This document shows, in pieces, positions 25,270-39,097 of a stretch of 64,000 nucleotides of DNA (within the stretch, counting starts at the first letter, position 1; the number at the start of each line of letters is the position of its first letter). A program made the position numbers and the translations under genes. The notes below the pieces were generated by a model. It saw only the letters and a program-made list of their open reading frames with translations. It had not been told where the DNA came from and did not search any database. The stretch is from NCBI GenBank assembly GCA_016748015.1, contig JAAOMT010000334.1, positions 1 through 64,000 of the forward strand. The letters are read 5' to 3'. This DNA comes from Geosiphon pyriformis uo1. Taxonomy: Eukaryota > Fungi > Glomeromycota.

Positions 25270-27738
25270 ATGCCGAAGCAAGGTGCTGTTCTGGATAGAA
25301 ATTTCTAAAAAAACATCGAAAATGTGGCGCCGGAAATCGAGGTATGCGTTTATTTGATGCATCACGAGGCACCATTCCGTTTTGCTTCGATTTATTAATT
25401 GAATTGGCACCTCATTTCATTGCTTGCCTAATGAAGGAACTACTGTGAAGACGAGCAAGAACTCGTAAGTGTGCCAAACATTAGAATAAGCAATTACAGA
25501 ACAGTTATTGATTAGTGTACTTGACGGTGCAATGTACAGGAGATTCTGGATGAAACTGTTCTCCCAGCGACACGAACGAAACGAAAATCTCGGCGAAGCT
25601 GACAAAGACGGCGAATACGACGAGGACGAAGATGTATATTTTCTAATTAAATTCTGAATTTTTTCAAATTATATTTAATCCCATTATTTCATGTTGGTTT
25701 GCCACCTGTCGAATAATTATGATGAATTTATCTCTTATTTCACGTTTTAGGAAGAGCAACAAGAAGATGAAGATCCTGTCATAAGTGGGGTTGTTACTGG
25801 TCACACAATTTGCTCTTCTACTGATAAAGTAAGTCTTCTCGATAGAGCTATGAAATTGTACTTTGATTCATGGAATGGCAATTTTAATCATTTTAATATA
25901 CGTGCAAAAGCCAGCTCAAGCAGACAATACACTTCTAACGTGGGAGCTTGATTCGTCTATGCCAAGTTGGCTAACCAAGCTTGCTCAGAGTCATTTCTCT
26001 CTCATATCCAGTGTAAATCAGTGAGAAGCAATGACAAAGTAAGCACTAATTGTTCACTTGCTCTCTGTATCTGTTCCTGGTGGACTTTATTGTAACTCTC
26101 TATTCCTATAACAGAGCTTTGTATTGGAAGATCGTCGATGGATCAAACCCTGCCGTGATCTCCGAGTTTTCACCAGAGGAGTTTGAAGAATTAAATGCCA
26201 TGTCTGCCTCCATATTCAAACGTGGGGGCTCGGAAAAAGAAAACTTGGAGCCATCTGCGGAAAGATGCCTCCAAATACTTGACAAAGTAAAATGATGACA
26301 TGAAAGAACCTCTCAATCTTGATAATATCTACTTTTCTCCAGCTTGACTGGAAGCAATTGAAATTTTTTGGTAACCTTGTCAAGATTAAAGGGATTCAAG
26401 GAGCAGTACAAGAGGTTCGGAAGTTATCGAAGGGTTTTGAAAAGAAATTTGATCATGATCAAGGTTTGTTTTAAGATGAAATAGTGATCTACAAGAGGAA
26501 GACTGTCTAGAGGATGATGTCGGCTATATTTTTGAATTGCTCCGCTATGCGTAAGTTAATTTTATCAGCGCATTATGTGCTCTTATTGATATGCAGAACT
26601 TTAGATTAATATTTTTCATTGCCACTTTGATAGATACGAGTGGATCAAGAAATCGATTCCTCAGCGTCATAACTCTGAGCGGGATGTAGATGTATTTGTC
26701 AAAACTCCCATCTTCTCTTGCTTGGATAGTGTTGCGGACCAACACTTGTGAGTGCTATTTCCCTCATTGTGTTTATCGATCTTGTAATTGATACTTATAT
26801 TTTATTTATTTTTTTGACCTGATTAGTGGGGAGATGGTCTCACGGGAATCCCAAAATCGCCGAGAAAGTTCTTTAGATTCCCCAGATAATGCTGAAGGAT
26901 AACATTTGGATTGGATGTTCACGGTATGTTCAATACTCAGAATTCTTTTATTTTCTGTGACATCCTGGTTGTTAAAAGAATTTCTTTGGCAGTGTCATGA
27001 TCTTTCAAATGAGTCTTGGGTCAAGAATTTTCCATGTGTGAAGTCGCAGGATCCAAACTCGAAAACAAACTAAAGATTTTGTCAGACACGCTCAGAGTTC
27101 AAAAAACCATGTGAGATATGCACAAGACTTTAATCAAGGATGTTTACACGGCTGAAAATGGAGCAGTCTCAAAATCAGTACTGAATACCTTCACGAAACT
27201 TTTGCTGCCAAGATTTGTTTCTTCCTATTTTTTATCCGCACAATCCTTGTTGTTTACATCGGTGCCGGATTTTACGCATCGATTCAACGGTCGGAATTCA
27301 ATATTCCTGCTACCTATGACCAACTTGGGTATATTGTCAAAATTGTACGTGAAATAACATTTCGTGGTTTTGTGATATACAGAAAATATTCGTTCTACAA
27401 TATCAGCGTTTAAGGCAATTAATGCAAGAGCGGAGGGAGAAAAATTTGAACCAGGAAGAATACAAATAATCAAATGTCCGCTATAATTTGGCACGCAGAG
27501 AAAAAAACGCATTGCTAGGAAAGTAAGTTTATTATGTCTCATGTATATTGTAATGAATGCATCGAAAACGTTCTTAATTGTCTTTTACGAATTTTCCCAC
27601 GCTATCAACGAAAACAGTATCGAAGCCGGGCCTATCCGTAGATCTAGAGAATCCTTTTCTCTAAACAAGTTTGCAGGTGGAGTTGGGCACGCATTATTAG
27701 TACTACGTATTCTTGTAGGGAAGGAAATAGCTAGGTAG
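25270..27738 (+). pseudogene. Multi-exon Crinkler-like / REase-fold pseudogene (third C-terminal type)
   Basis: Coding-like GC with GT-AG structure. Fragments SGEMVSRESQNRRE...HLDWMF and QEFSMCEVAGSK..KILSDTLRVQKTM*DMHK. Early in-frame TAA (25306) and further stops/frameshifts. Confidence 0.6.
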
Positions 27739-28089
27739 GGTTCACAGTGCCATAAAAGCAGGGCTTGGTAGATAGAACAAAGTGTCGGAAGCCATTTGCA
27801 ACCTATTTTATTGAATTACCTATGAAATTTACCAACAATTATATGCCACTTCTATTAGAAGAATAAATCCATCTTACTAAGAAGATATTTCAGGATAAAG
27901 CCAACAAGAATTAAATTATAAGAAACAAGAATTACCAAAACTACCTAAGAACCGAGGAAAAATTGAAAATATCAGAAGAGAAATATATATAAGCATTCCT
28001 TTATATTTTTAATGTGCTACGTAGAGGAAATTTTACAAAACAAGGCAAACTGAACATAAAATATATTGTGTGGTTATGAAAACTGAATA

Positions 28090-29085
28090 CAAAAAAAAAC
28101 AATTGAGTTCTTGAAAATAGGCTGTAGTTTTGGTTGCTTTTCCAAAGTTCCAAAGGAAGCATTTGCCTAGATGCACAAGGCTTTTCAAGCTCTTTCCAGG
28201 GTAGAAGAAGACATCTTATTAATGGCCCAACTCAAAGCTATGGATGGTGGATCCATAAGTGCTAGTCGCTGTCTTAAGAAAAAAGCTCGTGTTAATAAAA
28301 GAATTTATACTGCTGAGACCGTAATACATCTCTTTGCCAAAAAACCTATTTGAATATGCTGGGAATTGGCCATGCCCATTTCGAAAATATCCGAAACCAT
28401 TTGCTAAAGAACGGCCTTCTTTCTCGAGTTTATGGCAATATAAAAAGAATGCTGCAATGAAAAACCAAGATGGTTATTAGCAATAATATGGCTATCATAG
28501 TAAAGAATTTTTTCTTAAATTATGCTAAAATCCATGGGTTACCTAGTCCAGTCAGAAACATCAATTGGATTAGACAAATAACAAAAATACAAAGTTGGTA
28601 TAAGAACAAAGAAAACTCGTCAATTTACACTCACTAGAAAATAATTAAATCCGATATTGCAGCATTGATGCTACCACTCATTACAGTTATGATTGAGTCC
28701 AAAATTTCCATGTGTCTCATTCAGATCAGCAAATTGGAAAAGTGTATTTATTTGGTATCCAAGATGAAGTGATGCGTGAGCAAATTTATTATGTTCTTGA
28801 TAAGAATGAGCTATTTGAAAATGGTTCGAAGCAATTAAATAGAGATAAAAAGTATTTGAAAATTACTTGTGACAATACAGGGAGACAAAACAAAAATAAC
28901 ATCACACTTTGATTTTACTTGTATTTGGTAATTTGCAGGTATTATAAAACTATTGAATTGAACTTTATGGTTTCAGACTATGCTAAATTTAAATGTGATG
29001 GTAGTTTGGTTTGATTAAAAGACTTTATTGTAAAACTACAGTGAACTGTATAGACTATGTCACAGAGGTGGTTAAAAGATCTAGC
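28090..29085 (+). mobile_element. Degraded DUF7869-type (Sola-like DDD) transposase remnant
   Basis: Motifs HYSYD*VQN, ITCDNTGRQNKNN and LNFMVSDYAKFKCDGS(F)GLIK, which are degenerate forms of DNCxGQNKN and GHTKFxCDxxFGLIK. Many stops. Confidence 0.65.
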
Positions 29086-30186
29086 ATCACTAATTGAAAA
29101 ACTTACTCTAATTAGAAAAAGTAGAATTGGCAAAAGAGAAGTAAATATAGAAAATAATGAACAGCACTACTACTCTGTTGAAAGAATTGATATTATTGAT
29201 ATTTACAATACTGAAAGAGTAGATAATTGGTTACTGGATGAATTATATAAGTTAAATAATAAAAAATTATTGTGTTAATAAATAAAAAGTTTAATAAGAT
29301 AATGAGAAAAAGATATGCTCCTTATGAAGAACCAACCGGAAATATATAATTGTGGTTAATGCTCGAGAAGTAAAAAAAAAACTAATAATTATATGGAAGA
29401 TTATTTCTAGACCTTTTGCATATACCATTGAGATTTTTTTGTGAGCTTCTGTAGTTTTCTCTTCCACATGATTACATTCACATTCCTTTCTCTTCTCCCG
29501 AATATTTCATTCATTATATTTAACAAATTGATAGAAAAGAAGAAAACACAGGAGAAATAATAAATCACTAGCATAGAAGTTAAAAGCAATTTTTGTTCTA
29601 ATTATTATGGTAAAGACAATAAGGCTATTGATGAAATAATAACCTGTTATTAGAGGATTGTAGAGAGAAAATTTTAAATTACGAATTATACAAATGCAAG
29701 AGATGTGGATTTGCAAACCAAAATCGATTTAAATTTTTTAGTATACTTGTGGTTGGTGAAGAGGGAAATAGAAGAAAAAGATCATCTGCTTTATCTCATC
29801 TGGAGGAATGGTTGTTTTTATGAGATGTAATAAACGACTTATAAGAACAATTGCCGAAGAAAGAGAAAGATCATGGAAAGCCTGAAGAGTGAGGTAAAAG
29901 ACAAAAAACAAGAACTTTTAAATAGAATAAAAGAGTTAGAGAGATGTTGAATGACTAAAAAAACTAATTCCACAAAAATTAGTAAATAAAATAGAGATCA
30001 ATTCTCATAGAAGGTTTTAATCTAACAATATTTGAAATTACAGATTTTAATCAATTAGATGCTTATGTGACGTCAGATGTTCATTTTGTTACAGTACGCC
30101 CTATTCTAAAAAAAGAAATGGTAAAAATGAAATCTTCGAGCTGATGCACCAAGTGACATCAAATGTTCACTTTGTCAGGTTTTGTT

Positions 30187-31245
30187 ACAGCATGCCCCAT
30201 ATAAAACTTTCATTTTTTATCCAATTCGAATCTAAATAAAAACTCATTTGATATGGTAAATTTATATTATTCCAAAGCAAAATTTATTTGCAGCTTTGTT
30301 TATAATTTATATTAGTATGAATCTGTTGGTCAAAGAATGTAGTAAGCAAAAGCTAATCTCCTTCTGGAGTGACGGTGAACGTTCTGGTCTAAAATTAAGT
30401 AAAATCACTAAACTACCTATGATACAATTTCAAAAATTGGAAAACTGAGTAAGATTTTAATAATAAAATTACAGAACATATGTTGAGAAAAGTTGTTCAA
30501 TATGTTCATAAGAATTCTTCTTTGTTTTGCAAAAAATTCTTAAACTAGATACAAAGGTGTAGACATTTCATATTACACAATTGGCAGACATTTGAAATCA
30601 CTTGAATAGATGAAAAGCTTGTCAATTATTACACTAATGCTCACCCAAGTTCAAAAGTAGGAACGTACTGAATGGGCCAATTTCATCTTAATTATAGCTG
30701 GAAAAAATCATATTTTCGGATGAAAAAGCATTTCAACTGTTCCCAAATACAATTTAACATCGGTACAAAAGAAAATTGTTAATTGTTCCAAGACCAAAAG
30801 ATTTGTACAAAACATTTGCATGGGAAGTTTTTGCATGAAGGGAAAACCCAGCTTATTTTGTTTTCAGCATGTCATGGATGCTAAATTTTATATTGAAAGT
30901 TTGCAACAACATGTCGGAGAAATTATTGAAAGAAGTGATGCTTTCAACAGAATAATGATCCCAAACATACGAGTCGAGTAGTTAAGGTGCTTATCGCGGA
31001 AAATGTCCCCAAAGATATTAATTGGCTGTCATATAGCCTGGATCTAAATCCTATTGAAAATCTATGGACAATGTTAAATATGAAGTAGGAAAACAAATGC
31101 TGCAAAATATGGATGATTTGAAGCAATATATAGTTGAAGAATGAAATTCTTTGCTAAAAGACTATGCTAATCAATTTAGTAAATTCAATTTCGCGGCGTT
31201 GCAAGTTGATTTCCGAGAGTAAAGACAAAAGAATTGCATATAAAA
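30187..31245 (+). mobile_element. Degraded Tc1/IS630-type DDE transposon
   Basis: FSDEKAFQLF, FQQNNDPKHTSR and WLSYSLDLNPIENLW motifs, broken by frameshifts and stops. Confidence 0.85.
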
Positions 31246-32279
31246 TTTTGTATTAATAAAATCAGTGGCTTTTGGCCTTTCTAACAATTTATTAATTATA
31301 TTCGTTTGATATTCGTGGAACTGTGATCAATCAAAAGTTGGAAATTAATTAATTTACAAGTTAAAATAGAAATTATCACATATGACTGCAAAAAATAAAA
31401 AACTTCATTATTCTTCATTTTTCTTATAAAATCTAGAATTGTTGATATATCATGCAATTAAATTGATTTTCGTCCTAAAGAAATAGTATTAGAGATGATA
31501 TGCAATTTGATAAAAATCAAATGTTGTAAATTACATTATGCTTACTCAGGATTAATTTATAACCGAAAGCCTAGTCGGTGTATGAGTAAATAATAATTGG
31601 AGTAAACAATTTACTTTAATAATTGAATCAAGGTCATTTGCAATTTTCATATGATTTTAATTAGACTTATGATATTAGTACGATTTCTTTCAACTGGTTG
31701 TTAATTTTGTTGAAATCTAAGAAAATTGAATTCAGTCACAAAATTCAACAAACTAATTATGTATTTTAGTTAAAGAATTAGAATATTTACTATGTTTTAA
31801 ACAATGAGTATATATACAATATTTTCAAATTATTATTTTACTCTTATTTCAAAATCTTTTAGTTTATTGTTTTGAATACCGAATTAAGATGAAGAATAAA
31901 TCAACAACTTCAGAATAAGATCCTATATTCTTATTTTTAGTGTTATTGAAAATTTCAAAAGACCCTGAACCGTCATATGAAAACATAATATTTATTCTTA
32001 TTTATTTGATCAATGATGATAATATTGGTATATGAAAATGGCTTATAAGATTGAAGTTTACAGAAGTAATGTTTATTAGTTTATTCAAATATGTTTATAT
32101 ATATATAATTTTTGATACGGAAACGCTTTACAGCCAATTATCCTCACACTAAAAAATAGAAAATATATAGGATAGTCTATACTATATTTATAAAGAAACG
32201 ATTCTTCCCCCAAATTTTTCATCTGTTTCAAGTTAAAGTGCTAACTGATTTTTATCATTACTAACTTAACCAAACGCCA

Positions 32280-34951
32280 AATTCAAATCTTAAAAAAAAT
32301 AATTATATTAAAAGAATTCTCAAAGATTAAATAATAATAATAAATGAAAAGCTCACCATTTGTAGAAAATGTAGGTTTCCAAATTATTTGACTTGTATAT
32401 CTTGTCATATCATGGACCACACCTTTTATCTCTTTGGAATCAAGTTTTTTTCGACGAACAGATTGGTTTAAGTTACAATTATCGCGAGCAGCAATAACTC
32501 TTTATTGAAGCGCTTCTACACTGTCACGGTAATGTAGATTCTGATTCTAATTTTTTTCCATTACTTCCTGAATACATTGAGGTGTATGCTTTTCGATTAT
32601 AGGGCTTCTCCCTGAATTATATTCAATTGAATGTACATACGATTTATAACATCATTCCACAGTCTGTCGCCTGAAATAATTTCCCAGGAAATGATAGCAC
32701 AACTATAAATATCGCTGTGCGTGGTATGTGGGGACAGGTTACAAACTTCAGGTACTAGGTATTGAACAACATCATAAATTTTGCTCGACTATGGAGCGTT
32801 ATCGGCAGGACGACAAAACCCAAGATCAGAAATGACAACTTTTAAGGGATTCATTTTCAAAACAAGGATATTTCCAGGATGTAAGTCCCCATGCACGAGT
32901 TTTGGGTCATGTATAAATCTTAGCCCACCAGCGATTTGAAAAAGAATATGAAGTAAAATGTCCCAAGTAAGAGTGGTTTCGTTCACTTTTAGAAAAGCTC
33001 TGAGGTTTTCATATTCTGCAAATGGTAAAACCATAACAAATTCTTTATTTGTAATGTCTTTTGTGATTCCGTAGCATTGAAGGATATATTTGCAAGAGGC
33101 ACAATTAAGATGGGCAATAAACTATTTTTATGCGTTTTTTAGTGTTTGAAAAAGAAAAAGAAAAGTGAATAATATAAATCAGAAAAATTGATTAAACGAA
33201 ATTGCCCCAATTGAATTGACATATTCTATGTTTTGGCTATTTTTAAGAGATTTCAACGCAACTCTGGTAACCCCACTTCTCTCATATTTTTGATTTTCCT
33301 TGTTCCAAAATAGAATCTTGCCTCTCTCCCATGTACCTTCTCTAACAACACCGAATCCTCCCGTTCCCACCTTTTCTAAAAATTTGATTTGTTCAGGAGA
33401 AATTCACTCTAGACATTCCCTGGAGCTTTCAGAAATATCCTGTGTATGGTATATATAATGACTAATATTTGATAATCGTGATGATTCACAAGAGTTACAC
33501 CAAACTGGATCTTTTAATGTGCGATAACATTCTGGACATTTCGGCAATACATTATTATTACTTTTATCAGGATCACAAAATGGACATATAAGAGATCCAG
33601 TAATAATTATACCCAAGTTGCCACATTTAAGACACCTGAATTCATCTGAAAGTTGGTCAAAGAAATCTTCAAAATCAAAGAACTCTCTTTTAGAAGTACA
33701 TGGGTATTTTAACCCTCGATTTTGCAATCCCAAAATGAAGCGTTCTAGGTCATTTTGATCCTGTAAAGTGAGTTTAAGGGCGTTCAAATCAGGAAATTAC
33801 TTTGATAACTTGAGCTATTTGTCTCTGCTGCTTTCGAATAGATTTCAAATGCTTTTTCTAAGTTTTTCGTGGTTCACCATTCATTTTGATAGCACCATTT
33901 AAGTTTGTATTTTAAATTTTGATTTCCCGCCTTTGCTGCTTTTAAATAGAATTCGAATGTTTCTTCTAGACTTTTTATTGTTCCCCATCCATTTCGATAA
34001 TACATTCGATTATTAGTTTGTGAACTCGAATTTCTCACTTTTTCCAGATCATTCACTGTTTCTAGTCCATTTGGATAATATTCTCTGAGACTGAGTTCTC
34101 CAAGTAAACCTCCCGCCTCTACTGCTTTTGAATAGAATTCAAATGCTTTTTCATCATTTTTCGTTGTTCCTCGTCCATTTTGATAACAACTTCCAAGAGC
34201 GTTTTGTGCACCTGAATGTCCCGCCTGGGCTACATTTGAATAGAGCTCATATGCTTTTTCTAAGTTTTTCGTCGTTCCCCATCCATTAGCATAAAATATT
34301 CCAAGATTTTATTTTGCCTTTGTATCTCCCGCCTCTGCTGCTTTTGAATAGAGCTCAGATGCTTTTTTCTAAGTTTTCCGTCGTTCCTTCTCCATATTCA
34401 TAACAATTTCCAAGAGCTGCTTTTGAATAGAGTTCAAATACTTTTTCTGAGTTTTTTGTTGTTGCTCCTCCATTTAGATAACAATGTGCAAGATTAAGTT
34501 GTGCATCTGAATGTCCCGCCTTTGCTGCTTTTGAATAAAGTTCAATTGCTTTTTCCTCATTTTTCGTTGTTCCTTCTCCATTTTGATAACAATATGCAAA
34601 ATTGTATTGTGCTTTTATATCTCCTACCTCTACTGCTTTTTAATAGAGTTCAAATGCTTTTACTCGATCTTTTAAAGCACCAATTCCATTGTTGTAACAA
34701 TGGCCTAAAAAGAATTACCCAAAAGAATTTTCTTCATTCGCTGCTTTCTGAATTTCTAAAAACACTTTTTTTAGATTAAGAATGGTTCCAATTCCATGTT
34801 CTAAAGAAAAGCCGAGCAAAATATTATCTATTCAACGCTTTGAATTTTTCTTATTCAAGAAATTGAACAATTTTTTTTTGATGACAATTAATGTTCCTTC
34901 AAGCCAGTCGAGGGGTAAAGTTGCGTTTTCAATTGAAGAAGTTGAAGACAT
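32280..34951 (-). pseudogene. Sel1-like repeat + Cys-rich linker + tyrosine-kinase-like protein kinase pseudogene
   Basis: Repeated YxNGxGTTKNxEKAFELYSKAAEAG units at about 33790-34800, CxxC clusters, GTGGFGVV, VALKSL, HGDLHPGNIL, ISDLGFC and YLVPEV. In-frame stops (e.g. TAG at 32789) and frameshifts. Confidence 0.85.
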
Positions 34952-35537
34952 GATTTTCAAGCAACACAGAAGGATTATCAAACTTTGAAGATTTTAGATG
35001 GTTAAGTAAAGATTTTTAAAGAGTTCGTCTTGCTAATAAATAAGGATTTCAACCCATTATTTTGTCAGGTCTCAAACGCTAGAATATGAAAATATATATG
35101 CTACTTCATAAAGGTTAGGCTCACTCATTTAAATTGCTTAAATGACAAAATGCTTTTCATTATCCTATTGTTATTGTTAGTTTAAATTAAACCTTAAAAT
35201 TGAGTTTCAATAGCTCATTAGCAAAATTTTTTTATTTGCATAATTTAGTTCTAAGGTTGCAGATAGCCCTTAAATATTGGTGATAACTTTAGTAACAAGT
35301 TTAATATAATTTCCTTGACCCTCGTTTGCATAAGCTCTGATTTAGAAACTGCTTTATAAATTTTATAAATAATTAACATGAAAAATCCTAAACCTCGATA
35401 TTCATTAAAACTTTTAAAGGTTAGATTTCATAATTTATATTACTTAAAGGGGATAATGATCGGAATCAAACTTAAAATGACTGCGAAGATGTGACTCAAA
35501 GTATTATGACTTTGGATTTATGGATATAAACATAAAT

Positions 35538-38195
35538 TCCTTATTTGGTTTACCTGTATGCTATGTGTATCTTTCAAAAAATTTATTTTCTCTCTTACTG
35601 TTAATATTAAAAAAATAACCACTTCTCCATTTAACAAGAATTCTTAAAGTTTGAATGTCTTATTCTTCGAAAGTGTAAACTGTTACTAACTCAAAGAAGC
35701 TTTTGGGACATCAAAACAGGGTATGAATAAATTGTTTTTTACCAACAATTCATTCACAACTATTTTAATTCAATATGTGAAAACTTCTTAGCAAGGAAAT
35801 AATAAAGTATTCAGTAATAATCAAAAAGTATTGTATTTTTATTATTTATATAAAATTAAACTTTAGGCTTAATTTTTCTGTTAAAAAATTAAAAGTCTAT
35901 ATAAAGTTGTAGCCATTGCATGCTGCATTTTATTTTTGAGTAGTATATTAGAAAGTTATTTTCAAGAAGCCAACTAGGAAGGTCATCATTTAATTGTTAT
36001 CTTTGACATTTTGCTGTAATCAAATTTTCATGTATAAATCAATGGAAGCCTTCCCTTCTTTTTAAAATCCTTACTTTTCCTTTGCCATAAATCACTTGCT
36101 TTAATGAAATCACGATAATTTAAAGTGGATATTATCCCACAATTTTTAGAGTATTAATTATTAAATTTCAAATTACGGGTTGAAGACAACAATCCAAAAC
36201 TTTTCTACTTTTAATTACTAATAAATAAGGTTGATTTACATTAAGAATTAAGTTTAATTTTGTTTACCTTCTTGAGTCTGGGTGAATAATCAGGGAGTAA
36301 ATGTTCAAATACCTCTAATAATGTTAATCGAAGAAAATCTATAAAACTCCGAAACTACTAAATTTTTGAATACTAAGAACACTTTTTGATGAATTATTGT
36401 AGTTTTTGATTTGCCAAGTTTACATGAACCACATAACCTGTTGAATTGTAAGATAATTTTTATTTAATTCAATCAGTAAAAAGCAATGAAACCAAACATA
36501 CCTTAGCAAGATCAGGCATGACGGTACCAAATGTTCCACTAAATGTTGGCTCTTCTTCTGAAGAAAAAGATGCTGCCTCGCTCGAGGATGAATGTTGAGT
36601 ATAATATCTGAATTAATCTTATTAGTTGAATATTTTAAAAATGAGCAAGCAGCCAAAGTCAAGAATTTATTTAAAATTTACCTGGCCCTCCTACAAAGCA
36701 AATGTGCATATCCAACTGGTGTGACCTAAATGGAATTGAACAAAATAGAATAGAATAACATGTTGAAGAAGATGGGAAACGAAATTTGGTTTTCAAAGTT
36801 TACCAAAGAAACTGCTCGCGTGCACCTGTGCGAAATAGTGTGAATAAAGAGTTTCTTTTGAGAAATTTGAAGAGCTTTGCAAAAAATGATCTGGAAAAAA
36901 AATTAAAGTATTCACTCACCTCGCAAATGTATATGTTAAATAATATGTCAAGGTTTGAAGGCTGATAATATTATGAAATTAAGATGTTGGAAAAGTTTTT
37001 ACACACAAAAGTTTGAAATATTTGAATATGTGAAAATATTCTACCTATCTGGATCGAATTCATTCTCGTCCCAAAGAACATGGTAATGCGTTGGACGACT
37101 CGTGCCTTGTAAACCGGCATGACTTTGAAGATCTATAAGAAAACGAGTAGAATCAGCTACTCAAAATCTTTCATACAACCGTTAGAGATAAACTTACAAA
37201 AGTCGAATTCGAAGGGATGGATAATCATAGTCTCGACAACAGTCCCAGGTAAACAATTTCCTGTTCGATCAGCATCCTTCCCAATGATAGGGAAAAACCG
37301 AGTGTGATGTCTCTTTTGCACGATAACAAATGTAATTGTCGGACGATAAGTTATATCCAAGGATTGGCAGGCTACTGGTAAATTAAAAAAAATACAATTG
37401 TTATTTTTCTGTAGGAATGATCTCTTGAAACCACATTTACTCAAAGAAATTACCTTTTATCGCCTTAATTTCACCTTCCATAATTTGAGCAAACTGGCCT
37501 TCTGATACACCGTCACGATAAAATAAAATTCTTTCGGGCTTTCGGCCACAAGTCTGGTAAAAATTTTTCAATAATTCTCTGACCATATCTGCAAGATCAG
37601 AAATAATATCACTTTTCGCAGTTTGGCAGCGAATGGAAGCAGCGTAACGCGAGGCTTTGGCATCCATAGTTGCGCAAAGAGTAGCGATTGATGGACTTGC
37701 CGGGTTATCTATCAAGTTTTATTTTTGAAGTTAGTTGAAAGAAAGTGAAGCATTTTTTTCATTTCCGAACATTAAAGCTTACTTGGGTTAGAATGAGTGA
37801 CATCTGCTCCCATGACAATTGTCGGTCTATCGCTAATGAATGGAATATCATTCGATCCCAAAAACCAATTCATTCCACCGAGCTTCACATTCATTTTTAA
37901 ACCGACGTTGCCACAATACTGCTTTTTTGCCTGCATCATATGTCGCGCTTGTATACATTGGGTGGCTATCCCGATTACAGTATCGCTTACTCGTTTTATC
38001 TCTGCGTAAAGCTGCTCTCCAGTATTTGGCAGAACACAAATAATTAATTGTGGTTGAGCATTAGCAGCAGTCCCAGCACGAAGCCATGCCTGTTTAAGAA
38101 TCGCATCAATATTTCCTTGAGGATTAGCGTGCAAGATCGGAGGGGCCTTATTTGGTATATTCAAGCCAATTTCTATGGCGGTAATAACAAATTCC
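35538..38195 (-). repeat. 2658-bp direct duplicate of 38216-40873 (3' part of Argonaute plus downstream flank), probable scaffolding artefact
   Basis: ORF translations are identical at a constant 2678-bp offset, and both copy boundaries abut the N gap. Confidence 0.9.
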
Positions 38196-38215
38196 NNNNN
38201 NNNNNNNNNNNNNNN
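38196..38215. other. Assembly gap (20 N)
   Basis: Run of N in the sequence. Confidence 1.
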
Positions 38216-39097
38216 TCCTTATTTGGTTTACCTGTATGCTATGTGTATCTTTCAAAAAATTTATTTTCTCTCTTACTGTTAATATTAAAAAAATAACCAC
38301 TTCTCCATTTAACAAGAATTCTTAAAGTTTGAATGTCTTATTCTTCGAAAGTGTAAACTGTTACTAACTCAAAGAAGCTTTTGGGACATCAAAACAGGGT
38401 ATGAATAAATTGTTTTTTACCAACAATTCATTCACAACTATTTTAATTCAATATGTGAAAACTTCTTAGCAAGGAAATAATAAAGTATTCAGTAATAATC
38501 AAAAAGTATTGTATTTTTATTATTTATATAAAATTAAACTTTAGGCTTAATTTTTCTGTTAAAAAATTAAAAGTCTATATAAAGTTGTAGCCATTGCATG
38601 CTGCATTTTATTTTTGAGTAGTATATTAGAAAGTTATTTTCAAGAAGCCAACTAGGAAGGTCATCATTTAATTGTTATCTTTGACATTTTGCTGTAATCA
38701 AATTTTCATGTATAAATCAATGGAAGCCTTCCCTTCTTTTTAAAATCCTTACTTTTCCTTTGCCATAAATCACTTGCTTTAATGAAATCACGATAATTTA
38801 AAGTGGATATTATCCCACAATTTTTAGAGTATTAATTATTAAATTTCAAATTACGGGTTGAAGACAACAATCCAAAACTTTTCTACTTTTAATTACTAAT
38901 AAATAAGGTTGATTTACATTAAGAATTAAGTTTAATTTTGTTTACCTTCTTGAGTCTGGGTGAATAATCAGGGAGTAAATGTTCAAATACCTCTAATAAT
39001 GTTAATCGAAGAAAATCTATAAAACTCCGAAACTACTAAATTTTTGAATACTAAGAACACTTTTTGATGAATTATTGTAGTTTTTGATTTGCCAAGT

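Noticed and set aside
33790-34700. Regularly spaced repeats of about 108 bp as a CRISPR-like array
   Set aside because: They are 36-codon Sel1-like protein repeats without unique spacers, in a eukaryotic context.
36420-38195. Second, truncated Argonaute gene
   Set aside because: Apparently identical to the main copy and bounded by the gap; treated as a probable assembly artefact.
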